From the human T2T-CHM13v2.0 reference genome, Homo sapiens, in assembly GCF_009914755.1 (NCBI RefSeq), contig NC_060947.1: DNA of 64,000 nt; one strand, written 5' to 3'. Below the pieces are notes generated by a model. That model did no database searches. It was not told the DNA's origin and was given only the letters and a program-made list of their open reading frames with translations. Below, piece after piece: positions 48,606 to 63,504 of this stretch. Both the position numbers and the translations under genes were made by a program. Positions within the stretch are counted from its first letter, which is position 1. Each line of letters starts with the position of its first letter.

Positions 48606-49838
48606 CCAGTCATATTAGATGAAGGTCCACTCTAACGACTTTATTTTAACTTGATCATTTACAAAGATCCTATTTCCAAATCACATCACATTCACAGGTA
48701 CTGGGGGTTAAGACCTCAACAGAAAATTTGGGGAAATAAAATTTAACCCATAATAGTAGGCATCATTATCCTCATTTTACAGATGCCAAAAAGTTAAATA
48801 ACTTGTCTAAGCTCATACAGCTCCTATTGCTAGAGCTAGGGATTCAGAACTGAGTCATACTAGCTCCAAAATGTTTGTCCTCTGCCTCCCCCTGACATAA
48901 AACTGATCAGGTAGCTTTTTTGCTTAAAATCTTTCCCCTCCAATGCCAAGCCTGACTTCTAAGTAGCCCCAGGCACGGGTTCTGGGCTTGGCTTGCATGC
49001 TCTATTCTGCAAAACCCATTCCTACCCAGCTTGTGGTAATAGCTGGGCTTCTGCTCCCTTCCAAGAGCACTTCCATCTCTACATTAGACCCAAGTTTAGT
49101 AATAATGTCAGTCAGTGTACTTTCACAGACACTGCCTTATTTAATTCCTAACCTTGTGAGATGATTTTGAAGTGTCTACATTTGCCAGATTAGGAAACTG
49201 AGACTCAAAATTACTAAATAACTTGCCCAATTTTACAGAGGTCTTAAATGGCATTGCTGTGATTTGAACTCAAGCCTGTCATGCTCTAAGCAAAGTCAAT
49301 GCTCCCTCTACCACACCACCCTGGACTCTGGAGTCCGCACCAAACTGGGCTAGTGCTCCTGGCATTTGAGGCCTGGGGAGAGGTTCCCTAGGACTTGACA
49401 TTAAGCTCTAGCCCAGAGCCTGGGGCCCTGCTGCCTGCTGTCAGCCTACCCTGATGTCCATGCTCTGCCCATTGGAGTGCCCATCTAGAGTTGAACATGT
49501 TCCCTTTGCCCTTACTCTCCCAGAGAACAGTAGTAGTTCCATACCACAGTCCCTCCCAGGCAATTTCATTCCATTGCTATGAACTGGTTCCTGCTGGCTG
49601 TATCCCAGCATATAACACAGCTGAGCGAATGCCTAGTCTATGACCCTGTTGAGTGAATGGAGCTGTTGCTGCTACCCTCGCTGTTACCCCTGGGCACCTC
49701 TGCCCAGGCAGGAAGCACAGGAAGCTGCGGCAGTGTCAGTCTCAGCATGCTGCCTGAAAAGACGCCCTCTCTCTTGCCCTCCCCTCACCGCCCCAGAACT
49801 GAGTGCCAGATCCAAGCCAATGGGGTATTTTCTGGGAT

Positions 49839-49898
49839 AGCATTCTAAAACAAGTACAGTATCAGCAGAGCATTCTAAAACAACTACAGTATCAGCAG
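49839..49898 (+). repeat. 30-bp tandem duplication
   Basis: agcattctaaaacaa(g/c)tacagtatcagcag twice, one mismatch. Confidence 0.9.
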
Positions 49899-51579
49899 GA
49901 AGGAGACAAGTTTAGGGAACTAGGGTAGGTGGAGGATGAGCCCCCAGAGTTCCTGGGCACTAGGCATCAAATAGGAGACAGGAGAAAAGAGAGATAAAGT
50001 GAGGAGAGCAACATAAAACCAGAAGAGATGAAGGAAGGTGGAGAAAGGGCTTGAAAGTTCTGCTTGAAGTCTGACTCCCAGTAACTCTGAGTTCTTTAAG
50101 GGTTTTCATGTGATCTCACTAAATGGTGTGGATCTACCAGAGCAACAGGACCACCTGGTTCCCCAGAACTTCCCAAGGCTCCAAGCATGTTCCTCACTGC
50201 CATATGGGCTGTGGCCTCCCCAAGCATGTTCTTCTCTAGGCGCCGCCTCCAGATAACAGTTTCTAACATCTGGCCTCAGTGTGAGATACCAAGGCCCTTT
50301 CACAACAGGCACATAATTTTTTCTGTAAAGACATCATGGGTCTAAAGAACTTGGGATACTTGGATCTACCACTGGACATTCCCCTGGCATGGATTCTGGC
50401 AGGAAAGACTCAGGCTGGGCGATAGTCCAGGGCAGACAGTGCTGGCTGGAGTCCCAGTTCCCTGACCTGGCCCACTGCCCTCTTTGGCTATCAGACAACG
50501 TTCACAGAGTCTGCAGACATCTGTGTGCCCATAGGAACAGCTAGGGAGCTGCAGGATCTGGAGACACAAGAGGTTCCCCTTTGTCTCCTTCTGTCCTCAC
50601 TAATGGCCCTTCCCAGCACAGCAGCTGGGTGTTTGGGAAGGGAGTTGGGGGAGGGATTGGCCTCTGACCAGAGGAATACAAGGCTGCCCTTAAAGAGGTG
50701 GCCCAGCTGTTGTGAGTGAACACACAGGTGCACATTGGTGGCTTTGACCCTCACGCACACTCTGGTCCCTGGCCAAGGTAAGGGCTGTAAAATGTAGCCA
50801 GGCCAGGGTAGCCCTACCCACATTTTTGGAGGACATGCCAATTTGGCTCCCAACCCTGTGTCACTGCTAGGATGTGATCCCCAGAAGGCACAGTAATTCC
50901 CACCACATCCACTGAACTCTTGGCATTATCCAGTGAAGCTTACACATGGTATCCATCTGTCGGCATTGTCACATAACATGCCCATCCACATGGGCAGTTC
51001 TCCTTCAGTGTCTTTGGACTTCTCCATGATACTCATTTCATTTGATTACCACTTCCCTTGGGCAGCTCAGTCAGTCACACCACCCCACCCCTCATTCTCC
51101 CGACTCTTCTTTCCATTGTCTGCACCCCACTCTATCACCGTGTTTCCCAGTACACACACACAAACACACACACACACTCATAATTTGCTACAAGGCCAGT
51201 ATAAGTGGATTATTTTGTGCCATACATTCTAGGGGCTATTTCTGTTTTTCAATGCCCCATGATTGAGCATGGGCATGTCCCGGTAGTTCTGTGCCTCCCC
51301 GCTCCAAGTTTTGTGGCAGATTAAGAATGAGATATCCACCCCTTTCCAACCAGTCATGGATTCAGCCCCACAGTAAAGGAAACAACCTTCAGAGGTGACC
51401 CGGTGTGGATGGCAGGGCATCTTGGTTTGGTATTGACAGAGGAGGAAACTGACCTAAGAGAGGGGTTAAGTGACTTTCTCACACAATTAGTGAAAGAAGC
51501 AGAGATTGAGCCCTGATCTGATGCTTTTTTCCCCTCTACTTTTAAACCACATTATTTCTCCAGAGACAAAGCCAACAAA

Positions 51580-51775
51580 AGTGTGATCCAAACACCAGTG
51601 CCAGTCTGAGAACTGTTCGTTAGTGGTCCATGACGAAATAAGGAGCTTGCGCCAGAATGTAAATCAATTCACTACTTGCTTCATCAACAATCTTGCTGTG
51701 AAAATAAAATGTCAGCTGAACTAAACAGCATGCTTAGTGATTGCTGATTTACATTGGCACAAACTCTCTAGCTCA
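51580..51775. mobile_element. hAT-Charlie-derived MER remnant (MER119-like)
   Basis: Encodes the Charlie-transposase-like KMSAELNSMLSD; internal inverted segments 'gccagaatgtaaatca'/'tgatttacattggc'. Confidence 0.55.
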
Positions 51776-52065
51776 ATGCCGTCCCTGTGTCCAGCAGCCC
51801 TGGTGCTGATGACTGTCCAACATGAGGTGGGATCTACTGCAGAACTGTGCCTCACCTTTTGTGTAAGAGGAATGGGTTGTGATAGAGGCTGGAGTCACGG
51901 GTCACATGGTTATGTTTAATCACAGCCCCTCAGGACTGAAAATAGCTCTGCACAGCCAAAACTAGTTCCTGGCTGCCCGAACCCAACCCTATAGATAGGG
52001 GCTACTCAAAGACCCAGACTGCAAGCGGTTTGTTGCCTTTGTGCATGAAAGTTTCGGTGCCTATC

Positions 52066-52700
52066 ATGTGGCTGTTCCAGTCGTGGGTCTGTTGACCCTC
52101 AAGTCCGTTTCTAGCTTTTTGCCTGCTCTGCTTTGTATGGTAGGGGGTCTAACCCCTTCAGGCTCTTTCCCAGGCTGACTTCCCGCTGGGTCTAGCCAAT
52201 AGGAGGCACTCACTGGAGGAAGAAGGGGGAAAAGAAAAAAGAAGCCAGATAATTTCTTTCCCCTGCTTCTCTGTGTCCCAGAGTGACCAACTTGTCCCAG
52301 TTTGTCCAGGACTCTTCTGGTTTCAGCACTGAGAGGCCAATGTCCCAGGAAGCCGTGAAAGTATCTCTGCTTCAAGCAGTTTCTCCTTCAAGGCTGAATC
52401 TCTTCTGTGGCTCCAGCCCCTGCTGGTGGCCCCTCCTTCTCTGTCCCAGAGATTGCCACTGTGATTCTAGCTTTCACTGGGTGATCCCAGCCCCTGGCTC
52501 TGTACCACTGTCCCCTCCCTTTGTCCCTCCAGCCTATGGGTGTTAGCAGCTTCCTGCTACTACTAATGTCCAGGTTGCCTCTTCAATCCGTTTTGGTTTC
52601 TTAGGTCTTCCCTGAACTGTGTCACCAATTTCAGGCATTAAATTCTCACTGTTGTTTACACTTGAAGTGGTTTCTGTTTTACTGCTTAGATTCTGACAAT
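52066..52700. mobile_element. LTR33-like ERVL LTR with a small hAT-Blackjack-like insert (~52283-52350)
   Basis: 'gcctgctctgctttgtat..gccaataggaggcact', terminal 'attaaattctc..gtggtttctgtttt'; insert 'gtgaccaacttgtcccagtttgtccaggac'. Confidence 0.5.
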
Positions 52701-53919
52701 AATACTTACTTTATAGTGTTATCATGAGGATTAAATTAGTTAAATAAACCACTTACAGCATTGCTTGGAACATGGTAATTGCTTGTTAAATGTGAACTGC
52801 TGTTATTATTAGTGTAGTGCGAAATAACATTTATCACACGCTTGCCACGTGCCAGGCTAATCACTTTACACCCATGATCGTATTTAAGCCTTACAACCCT
52901 TCTACCTGGATGAACGTTGTTCTTGAGCTAATTGTTTAGGCAACCTGTTTGCATTTCACACCCAGAAATTCCCAGGCTCTTCTGAACCACTCCCCTTAGT
53001 GAATTCAACCATGTTTCTTATTTACTGAGCATTCTCTCAGGCTTTCAGGACACAAATAGGAATGAAATGGTAACAGGCGATACAGTCTAGTGGGAGAGAC
53101 TGGTATGTCAGCCAGTTGATTCATCCAAGCAGAGGGCAGTGAAACCCAGAGATAGCAGCAGTGTGGCAAAGTAAGGAAGAGCCTGAGCTCTGGGGTTGGG
53201 CTGCCTGGGTTTTGACCTAGGCTCTGCATCTACAAATTAATACATCTACATCCACCTATCATAAGGTAGGGAAGTCATTTTTAAACTCTATGTGCCTCAG
53301 TCTCCTCACTTGGCAAAAGTACTCTTTTTATCATACCTGTCCCAAAGGGGTTATTTTAAGGATCAATGAGTTAATATTTGTCAAGTGTTTAGAATATGCA
53401 CTAAATGCAATGTCTTTCTTAAGTGAAAATAAAATTAATAAGCTGAACCAATTTTAGGGGAACCCAGAGGATGGTGTCACTTGATTCTGCCTACAAGCAT
53501 TCAGGAAGGCTTCACAAAGGAGGTGACATTGGAGTGGGATCTTAAAGAAGCAGTGGAAGTTTTCCAGATAAAGAAGAAAGCATCTCAAATCATCGGAAAG
53601 GCATGTGCAAAAAAGGCACAGAGTCATGAAAAAGGCTGGTATGACTGGGGAGTAATGAGAAATGAGTAGCTGGAATTTGGTGGCAGGATATGAGGCTCAA
53701 CATTTAGTTTTGGATATGTTGGACAAGATCTTGAGTGTCATGCTAAGGAATTCAGATTTAATTCAGAGGAAAGGAAGGGAGAGCCAACAAAGGACTTTAA
53801 GTTTGAGAGAGTAAAATAATCAGCTTTGTTTTGTGGGCATTTCATTCTCATGACAGTGTAAATTTAAAGCTGAAAAACCTGCTCAGGTGTAATAAAAAAT
53901 ATAGTAAAATCAAGTAACC

Positions 53920-54340
53920 CCAATTGGAACAACCTAAATGTCTATCAACAATAGGATGGATACATTGTGTGTTATATTTGCACAGTGGAACACTATGCAA
54001 CAGCACTGATAATGAATTACTGCTACGTGCAAAGGACATGGATGAATCTCTCAAGCCTAGTATTGAGCAAAAAAAAAAAAAACAAAAACAAACAACCCCC
54101 CCACACACACACACAGACACACAAAAGGGTGCATCCTGTATTATTCCATTTATATAAAGTTCAAAAATAGACAACACTAATCTATGCCATTAGAAGTCAA
54201 TGGTTATCTCTGAGTGAGGAATAGTGATAGAAAGGGGACCCAAGTAGGGTTTCTGGGCTGCTAGTAATGTTCTCTGTCTTGAATTTGCCCTGGGTGCTGG
54301 TTTCATAGGTGTGCTCACTTTATGATCAAATTCAAGACAC
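53920..54340 (+). mobile_element. L1ME 3' end fragment
   Basis: 'ggaacaacctaaatgtctatcaacaataggatggata', 'catggatgaatctc', 'ttccatttatataaagttcaaaaatagacaa'. Confidence 0.75.
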
Positions 54341-55209
54341 AGAACACTTGCACTTTAAACCAAAAACAACATGCTTTTTAGTGACATATAGTGTACATAT
54401 GCAGACAAATCACTTACTGTTTCAAAGTACAAGTGGAGAATATTCAACCCTGCAGAGATCCAACCGACCTTTGACCACAGTGGGATATGAGGATCCATGA
54501 ACACAGATGTCTATTACAAAGCAGCTGCCCCAAAAGAGAGAGTTTTTCTTTTAGGTATTTCCAGGTGACCCCAATATTATGCTTCTAGATGAACTCAGCT
54601 ACAATTGGTTGGTCTGCATCATCACCTGTGTTTCTGAAGTTCAAATTTCAAGGACTTTAAACATTGCCTCTAAGGAGAGACAAAGGGGACCAGGATTTGG
54701 GAAGGAAGTCAAGGGAAACTCTAGTCTTATCTATAATGGTTTAAGTCCTTACAAGGAGAAGTGTGTTTTAGTCAGGTGTTTATTGTATAGTTAACACTAA
54801 ACCTGAAAAAAACCTATAGCTCTACCTAGTCATTACATGATAATGAAAAGTAGCAGATATTACTTAATCAGGATTGAAAATTACTGGACCTGGCTTATCG
54901 TTATGTTAAATTAATGGCTTGCCTGTATATGTTCTTTTTTGATTGACCTTCATGTGAGAAAGGTTGATGGTGTTGGGGACAATTTGCAGATGAGAAAACT
55001 GAAGATCTGAGACATTATGTGCGTGGCTCCTGGGCAACCATTTATTAATAGTAGAAAACCACTATCATCACCCTAGTCCAAGCCACCATTATCTCATGCT
55101 TGGACAACTACATAGTTTACTAGTTGTTTCCCTAGATTTACTATGTTTCCTAATATGTTTTCTACACTGAAGCTAGAGTGATGTTTTAAGAATGCCATGT
55201 TACCCTTTG

Positions 55210-55335
55210 ACTTTTTAATTTTTTATTCTTTTGTAGAGACAGAGTCTTGCTATCTTGCCCAGGCTGCTCTTAAACTCCTGGCCTCAAATGATCCTCCCAC
55301 CTTGGCCTGCCAAAGCACTGGGATTACAGGCACCT
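55210..55335 (-). mobile_element. Alu left monomer (FLAM-like) inside an L2 fragment
   Basis: 'tttgtagagacagagtcttgctat..ctcctggcctcaaatgatcctcccaccttggcc..gggattacagg'. Confidence 0.8.
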
Positions 55336-55898
55336 TTTATTTACTAAACTCTTCAATGGCTTCCTAGTGATCTTAGGGTAAGGACTCAAAACATCAGCAG
55401 GACTTTGTAGGCCCATGATGGGTAGGCCCCACATGTGTATCTCTCCAGCCCCATCTCATACCATGTTCCTCCTTGTTCTTTATGCTCCAGCCACATTGAA
55501 TTTTCAGTCCCAGAAACTTGCTATACCCCTTCCAACCACAGGGTCTTGGCATGTGCTGCTCCCTTTGATGTGGATGTTCTAAAATTTATTAGTTTGGCAT
55601 CAGTCATTTTCCGTTCCTCCAACAAACACCTGTTAACAGGTGGACCTACCTAAGTTAGGAGCCCAATTCTCCTTGTTTCCCTTTGTGTTACTGCAGTTTG
55701 AAGCTATTTTAGTCTTTTCAAGGAAAAAATGATCCCAAAGGGACTTAAAATAACAAAGCAAGTGATTGTCAATTATGTTACTTTGAAAGGCAAATTTTGG
55801 AAAACAAAAAGCCACCCTTTGAAGAACTGTAAACATTAAAACACAATTAATAACAATAGAAGGCAATATCATCTAATGGTTTAGAAAACAGGCACTGG

Positions 55899-56261
<363 letters not shown>

Positions 56262-56568
56262 TCAGCTTGCTGAGTTTCCACCACTGTAAAATGGAGACAA
56301 TACCAGAACTCACCCAAGAGGATGGTTTTGAGGATCCAATGACAGGATATATTTGATCACTTAGCTAAGTGCCTGGCACACTATAAATCTTCAACAAAGT
56401 GAGGCTACTCTAATAATTATTATATGAGAACACCTAAAAGTTTCTTCCACTCAGGCTATGAAGGCAACTGATAAAAGCAGGACAGAAAATGACATGTTCA
56501 GGAATAGCAAAAAATAAAAACAAAAACAAAAAAACTTCTTATAAAGGGCCAAAAGATGTCAGTTAACG

Positions 56569-56868
<300 letters not shown>

Positions 56869-57299
56869 GGACGTCAACGGATTTCACTATTTAAATAAAG
56901 AGGACATTCATTCGACTGAGGAGTGGTTAGGAGCAAGCTTTCTTAGCCTCTCAGATCCTTAGCTTCCTTTTCAATACAAGAGGCTCTAATCCCAACATCA
57001 CAGGTTGTTGTAAATTAAGTTTGCACCTCGTCATGCTTGTAAAGCACTTAGCATGACACCTGGCACATAGTAAGCGCTCAATAAACAGTAGCTGCTGTTC
57101 CCACCGATGTTGCTGCTTTTATTCTTCTTGAGCCAGAGCCTTTGCAGCCCTTAGTGTCCAGTAAAGGCTGCTGTGGTTAAAGCTCCGGGTGCATCATCGA
57201 AACCGGTTCTCAGGCTTCTAAATTCTGTGTCAAGTGAACTTCTAGGCCATTTAAAACACAAAGGCAAGGCGAGGGGGCCCCAAAAGTGCCCCAGATTTT

Positions 57300-58000
57300 C
57301 AAAGGGAACGCCGGCGCCTAGAAAGTTGTGATGCCCCGGGCATTCAGGGTAGCGCGGTGGGGAAGCCCGCGCCTCTCGGCTCAGACTCAGGCCGGCCGTC
57401 TCGGGGGGCGCGGCCCAGACCACCGACGCGCCTGGCGGGGGCACGAGCCGCTGGGCGTCCACTCTGCCTGGCCCCGGAGGTGTTCCCAGGTACCCGAGCC
57501 TCGCGGCGTTTTCAAGTGCTGGCTGCGAAGCTTGAAAAGGACCCGCCGCTGGGCCGGGCGTTTTGTGTTTGCCAAACAAAGCATGAAGGCAGAGTGAGTA
57601 AAGGGGGCGGACCCGGCGCGGCACAAAGGCCGGGGGCGGGCCCGGGCTGGGGAAATACAGTTCAGTGGGCCTGAATTGATACGCTCAGCCCCTAAAGCCC
57701 CGGGCTGGGCGATCACAGGGCATGAAGGCCCAGCAAAGAGCACTCTGCTGCATTGATCCAATCCCGAGCGAGCAAGCGAGAGGCTTCGAAAGGGGAGGCG
57801 GGCAAGGACCGGAGGGGGGCATACAGGGGTCTGTAGGAGCCACTGGCCGCAGTTAGGCACTTTTCTTAGAAATGAAGGAATCTCCTGGACTGGGCGAGGG
57901 CCCTCCAGATGGAGCCTGTCCTCGAACCCAAGGGGCCAGGGTAGGAATGTCTCCTCCATTTCTATGGGAAGCAAGCACGCTGCGGGGTCACCCACGACAA
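57300..58000. promoter_or_regulatory. CpG island, candidate promoter or enhancer
   Basis: GC-rich non-repeat stretch with dense CpG in an otherwise CpG-depleted window; GC boxes GGGGCGG at ~57603 and ~57633. Confidence 0.8.
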
Positions 58001-59724
58001 AGATGTTCTCTCTTCCTGTTCTGGAAAAAAATGCAGGGCGGGGGGTGGGGGGGGTGGCTGAACGTTCTCTAGGGCCCTCCACCCCACCCCCCGTATTCTG
58101 TGAGTCTGGAGATGCACAGATGACTCTGGTCCTGCACCAGGCACACACCCGGCACCTACACAGTGTCTGCCATTGTTTATTATTGGAGGGAGGGACAAAT
58201 TGGATAGATGGTGGGATGGACACATGCATAGATGTGTGGTTCAACCAGATGGGTTCTGATCCCTTAGTTATTTTCTAATTCACATTTTTGACTGGGTGGT
58301 TTTGTCTCATATGAACATGGTTATGGAAGTTTTGTTTTTTCTTTGTACCTTCCTGTGTTTTCCAGATCAATGAACATGTTCACAAATTTTATAATCAGAA
58401 AAAAATCGATAAGCATTGTTTAAAATAGAAATAAAACAGACAAAAGGAAGAAGTGTCAGAGATCATGACCATGTAATAATAATGATGATACCGTACACAT
58501 TACCCGTAACCAACTATTCTTAAATGCTTATATCGCACACATTGCTTTTCGCAATCACCCCATACTTAATACAGGACCCAGCACACGATACTTAATAAAT
58601 GGCTGGATTTGCTCCTGCGTAGTGGCAGGCTGGTGGAATCCAATGCCTTTGAACAAATGAAGTAGCTGAGGTTCTAAGAAGCTAAGTGTTGCAGCCAGGA
58701 ATGAATCTGCCAAATGCAAATCCAGGCCTCCTTCCCCAATGCCCCATAGAATCCTGAAGGGCTTCTCCAAATACAGGCTATTTTATTTCACTCTTCTGTG
58801 TTCATTTCTGGACTATGAGGCCCCAGATTTCCTTTCTGAAGACAAGGTTTGTTTGTTTTTGTCGTAATGACACACTCGGCATCATTAAGTGTCCGTGAAG
58901 AGGAATCTTTTAGTTGCATTAGAAACGTGGTTTGTGACCACTGAGAGCCTTGGGAAACGAAGCTCTCCTAGCAGGAAGAGGCAGGCTGCTAATGAAACGG
59001 CTTTCTGGGGGCGGAGTTTCTGCATTCTCTTAGGGCAGACTTGAGCATTATTGCCAAGGAAAAGCTTAGGCCATGTCTGAACTACACACACTGTGATTTG
59101 TGAGTATAAACAGTTCGGATCTGAGCAAAGCAGTTCCTACCCAGAAAGACTTTCTCATTCCTAGCTTCTTTCCTTGGTTTGTAAATTGTAACTGATACAA
59201 AATACTTTAAACTCGGCCTTGATTTGAAGTTTACTGAGGGAATCAGGCCAACTAATTGAACAAGAATATACTTTTTGAAGTTAAGTCAGCATTGTTTAAG
59301 CAGTTTTATTTGAGATCCTTCAAACAGGTTTGCACCATAATTTATTGCAATTCCTTTTTTAAAAATTTATATTGATATCAATTTTCTTGCTTGAAAGTAT
59401 TATTTTCCTGTATTATATTGTCAGTCAGAACATTCATCATAGAAATAGATATCAATCTACTACTTTATTTTTAAATTTGACTCTTACACGTGGTTTTGTG
59501 AAATTCTTAAACCTCACATGAAATATTTGGCTTAAAATTGCATCATGCAGATCCATACTGATTTAGCCCATCTGTTTTGATGAAAAATTTCTTGGCTCTA
59601 GTAGGAAAGAGGGCATGGATATTTCCTTGCAATATCTTCCCCTCACTTAAAACCCTACGAATGAAATAAGATCTCAGGATTGCATGAGATAATTTACATA
59701 CTAATTAGGTTGCATGGTGTAGTT

Positions 59725-59750
59725 AGAGAGAGAGAGAGAGAGAGAGAGAG
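59725..59750. repeat. (AG)n microsatellite
   Basis: About 13 AG units. Confidence 0.9.
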
Positions 59751-60239
59751 GCTCTGGATGCTAACATGGCTTCAAACTAGTGTGATTGTAAGTTGCTTAT
59801 CCTCCCTATGTCTCAGTTCACTCATCAGTCAATCACTGAGGGCCATTAAGAGGATAAAATGAGATATGATTGAAAAGAGCCTGGCATAGTAAGTGCTCAA
59901 GAATTTGTTTTCATGTTTTTCCCTATTCACAACAGCCTTTAACATCCTCCTTTGTAAAAAAGAATTGATTTCCTCACCTGTAAAATTGGGATAGTGACGC
60001 AATAAGAGTAACATAGTGCAGGATATTGAGGAAGAGCATAGATTCTGAACTCAGACTGGGTTCACATCTCAGCCACATTACTAGTTCTGTGACTTTGGGC
60101 AATTAAATCAATCTTCTTGCTCCTCATTGTCCTCCTGTGTAAAAAGGGAGTGGTCAGGGGCTCGTTGTAGTACCCATGACCCAGGGTAGTTGCCAGTATT
60201 CAGTGAATTAATGCACTCAGTATAGATCTACCTAAACTT

Positions 60240-60720
60240 CTTCTGCATGGCTTACTTTTGCAGCCTGTGAAAACCTGCAGATCCCTTTTCAGAATAATAT
60301 TTTTAAATACATAAATGCAATACTTTGGATTACAAAGGGAAAACTAGTTATAATGAAATCAAGTTATTGACATATTTTTAAAACAAATTTGTGATATACA
60401 TGCTTCCTCAGTAGCATATTGAATAAATAACAAGATTTAGCACTCTGTCTAATATCTACCAATATTTCAAAGCAATAAGGAAAGTAAGTGGTATTGTGAG
60501 ATAACTACAACAACTGTAATGTACTGGAAAAGTAGCTGTGATATTTCTACTGGTAATAAAGTCACAGGTATTGCAAATATGACTTTGGTTTGTTGCCTAC
60601 ATTCATAATGGAAGGAAAGGCTTGCTTTCATTTAGAGGTTAGTGGAAGTTAATTTTCTAATTTTGTTGTAATTTTTCCCATCTAAGTTTATGGACACCAG
60701 ATTAAGAACAAAACTCTGAT
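60240..60720. mobile_element. hAT-Charlie-type MER remnant
   Basis: 'gatcccttttcagaataatatttttaaat', 'aacaactgtaatgta..ggaaaa', 'catctaagtttatggacaccagattaagaac'. Confidence 0.5.
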
Positions 60721-61001
60721 TAGTACAATGCATGCTAGCTATTATTACATCAGAGACGTCATGTGGATTGGGTAAAATAATGAATGTGATGGCCATTGCA
60801 AACATCAGGCATTTAATACATGGAAGACATTTCAGTTGTTTGCAACTGTTATATTTCATGAAAGCAGTGATAGACAATATATTTTTAAAATAGGCATAGC
60901 TGTATTTTAATAAAATTTTATTTACAAAAATAAGCAGCTGGCAGGCTTGTTTGGCCCATGGACCATAGTTTGCTGGACCTTGTATTAAAACATTCTTTCT
61001 T

Positions 61002-61262
61002 TTTTTTTTGTTATACTTTAAGTTCTGGGATACATGTGCAGAACATGCAGGTTTGTTGCATAGGTATATATGTGCTGTGGTGGTTTGCTGCACCTATCAA
61101 CCCGTCATCTAGGTTTTAAGCCCCACATGCATTAGGTATTTGTCCTAATGCTCTCCCTCCCCTTTCCCCACACCACCACAGGCCCCGGTGTATGATGTTC
61201 CCCTCCCTGTGTCCATGTGTTCTCATTGTTCATCTCCCACTTATGAGTGAGAACATGCGGTG
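61002..61262 (-). mobile_element. Short L1PA (about L1PA8-10) 3' end
   Basis: L1PA 3'UTR in antisense; 16-bp TSD taaaacatt(c/g)tttctt at 60986-61001 and 61263-61278. Confidence 0.9.
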
Positions 61263-61910
61263 TAAAACATTGTTTCTTGAGGAATATTGTATGCAACTTG
61301 AAACATTTCAACTTATCATACCTTGTCAAATACTTGACACAGGACTCAACTGGGAAATGCTGTGAACATCCTTTATAAAAACCAGAAAAATTGGTTTTTC
61401 TAATGATAAATGATAGGCAAATGATAGCTAATCAAATTGAATTTACTTGGTCTGTTACCTACTATAATGTCTAGAACTGCCTTGTCTATGAAAACACAGA
61501 GAAACGTAAAGCCAGTAACAATGATAATATTCTGAGTAATTAGAACCAGCAGCACGTTAATATGTGGGAAAAGTAAATGACATGGAAACCATTCATGACA
61601 ATATTACCTTGTACCTGGAGCTTTCTCCAAAGGGTTGTAACTACCCTGCAGCTGTTGCTTGCTTGCTACACTGTAGGTTTTCAGTATATACTTGTCAGTT
61701 GATTGACTCTCCTGATGAGTCTCCAAGGAAGAAGAGAAGCAGACATGTATTCATTTGGAAATCTTAGTATTTCTACTGTGTAGACAGCGTTCTAGTATTT
61801 CTAGGACTGGAGGAAGGAAGGCAAAACAAGGTGAGATAGTTTAGGGTTCAACAGAATGGAAAAGGTAAGGTACTGGGATGGCTGCTGTTCAGATAGAAAC
61901 ATTTCATGGC

Positions 61911-62209
<299 letters not shown>

Positions 62210-63504
62210 AGAAACATTTCATGGCAACAAACATTATTGAGCAACTACTGAGTGCTGGGTGCTAGGATGAGATCGAAGGGGGAAAAATTACCAGTGGATT
62301 TTGCTTCTCCTACAAAAAGTTAAGTCATGTATCTATAACAGAGAAAGTGGCTGTGTTAAGGAAAGTGAGAGAACAGCTCAGGACTAGAGATGTTAAACAT
62401 TCCAGCCAGCTGTGGAAGTCAAGTATCTGGAACTAATATCTTTCGGTGTCTTTGTTTCTGGCCCCAATGCCATCCATTTCCTTTTTTCCTGTTTTATTTA
62501 GCACTTGCCTTCAACTGGCAGAAAAAAAAAAAAAAGCTTCTTGTGCAAAAGTCACTGAGACATTGTAAACGAAAGGGCCCACATCATTTGTGTGCATGGT
62601 TGGACCCAAAACTGGCTTAGACACAAACACAGCAGATTATAGGCAGCCCCCACTGTATAACTTTTGGAAGATCCCATTCATGGGGTAAAAAGAACATTCC
62701 AAGGCTTCAGTCCAGGTCCCAACACTAGAAGCTGCCTTTAGCCATAGAAGTCATCACCAATGCTTTCTGCTTTCTCTACTTGTTGGGGTGGGAATACTCC
62801 TACTGCACCTGCCAGGGTAGCATGGCAGAGCTAAGCTACAACCCTGGAAGAATGTTTTTGTAGGTATCATGTTATCTGGAGTCTTGAGTTTTATAGATGC
62901 CAAGTCCTACCTGTTCTATTTTCTTAAGCTGTTGGGCCTGCCCCTATACCACACAGCTGGCACCCCTAAGGAAGTACGTGAGGGAGTTCATCTCAGTCAA
63001 CCAGGCACCATTCAGATCTTTGGTCCTGAGCCATTTTTTGCTCTGCACTAATTTCCAGTATTTCTGACTTCTACCCTCATTTTTCATTGGCAGTCTCACC
63101 TTTATCCTACATTCCTCATGTTCAGTATTGCTTCCCCAGAAAACATCATTGGCTCCCTTTTTTTTACTAGTATCTAAACTCCCTTATCCTGTGGAGATGG
63201 GGCTTGATGAGGCTCTCATAGTGCCAAGAGTTGTTTGTGAGAGTATCCTGTGTATAGCTACAAAGGATGCTCAAATTGAGATGGTGTGCAGAGAGGAGAG
63301 GCAAGTGGGAACTCAAGGTCAATAAAGCAGAGAAAGGCATGAAAATGTGTCAGGAAGCTGGGTAGGCCATGAGGGGCAGTTATTGAAAGTCAAGCTATGC
63401 AGTTAGGGAATAGAGGCACAGTGAAATGAGAGTAAACATTAGCATATTGAAAGGTCAAACGAGCAAGAGGACAAGTCTAGCTGGATATCTGAAATGAGCA
63501 TTAT

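Larger units (their letters stand above)
46616..48755. mobile_element. MLT1B/C MaLR LTR inside a MIR, itself split by L1MA and MLT2 insertions
   Basis: Pieces ~46616-46690, ~47812-48063 and 48606-48755; TSD GTAGG at 46611-46615 and 48756-48760. Confidence 0.75.

Noticed and set aside
50183-50231. Two p53-like half-sites AAGCATGTTC (and a lone GGGCATGTCC at 51271-51280)
   Set aside because: The 29-bp spacer is too long for a canonical p53 element, and isolated half-sites occur by chance.
57151-58244. ORFs of 157 and 285 aa over the CpG island
   Set aside because: Pro/Arg/Gly-rich ORFs expected from high GC; no recognisable domain.
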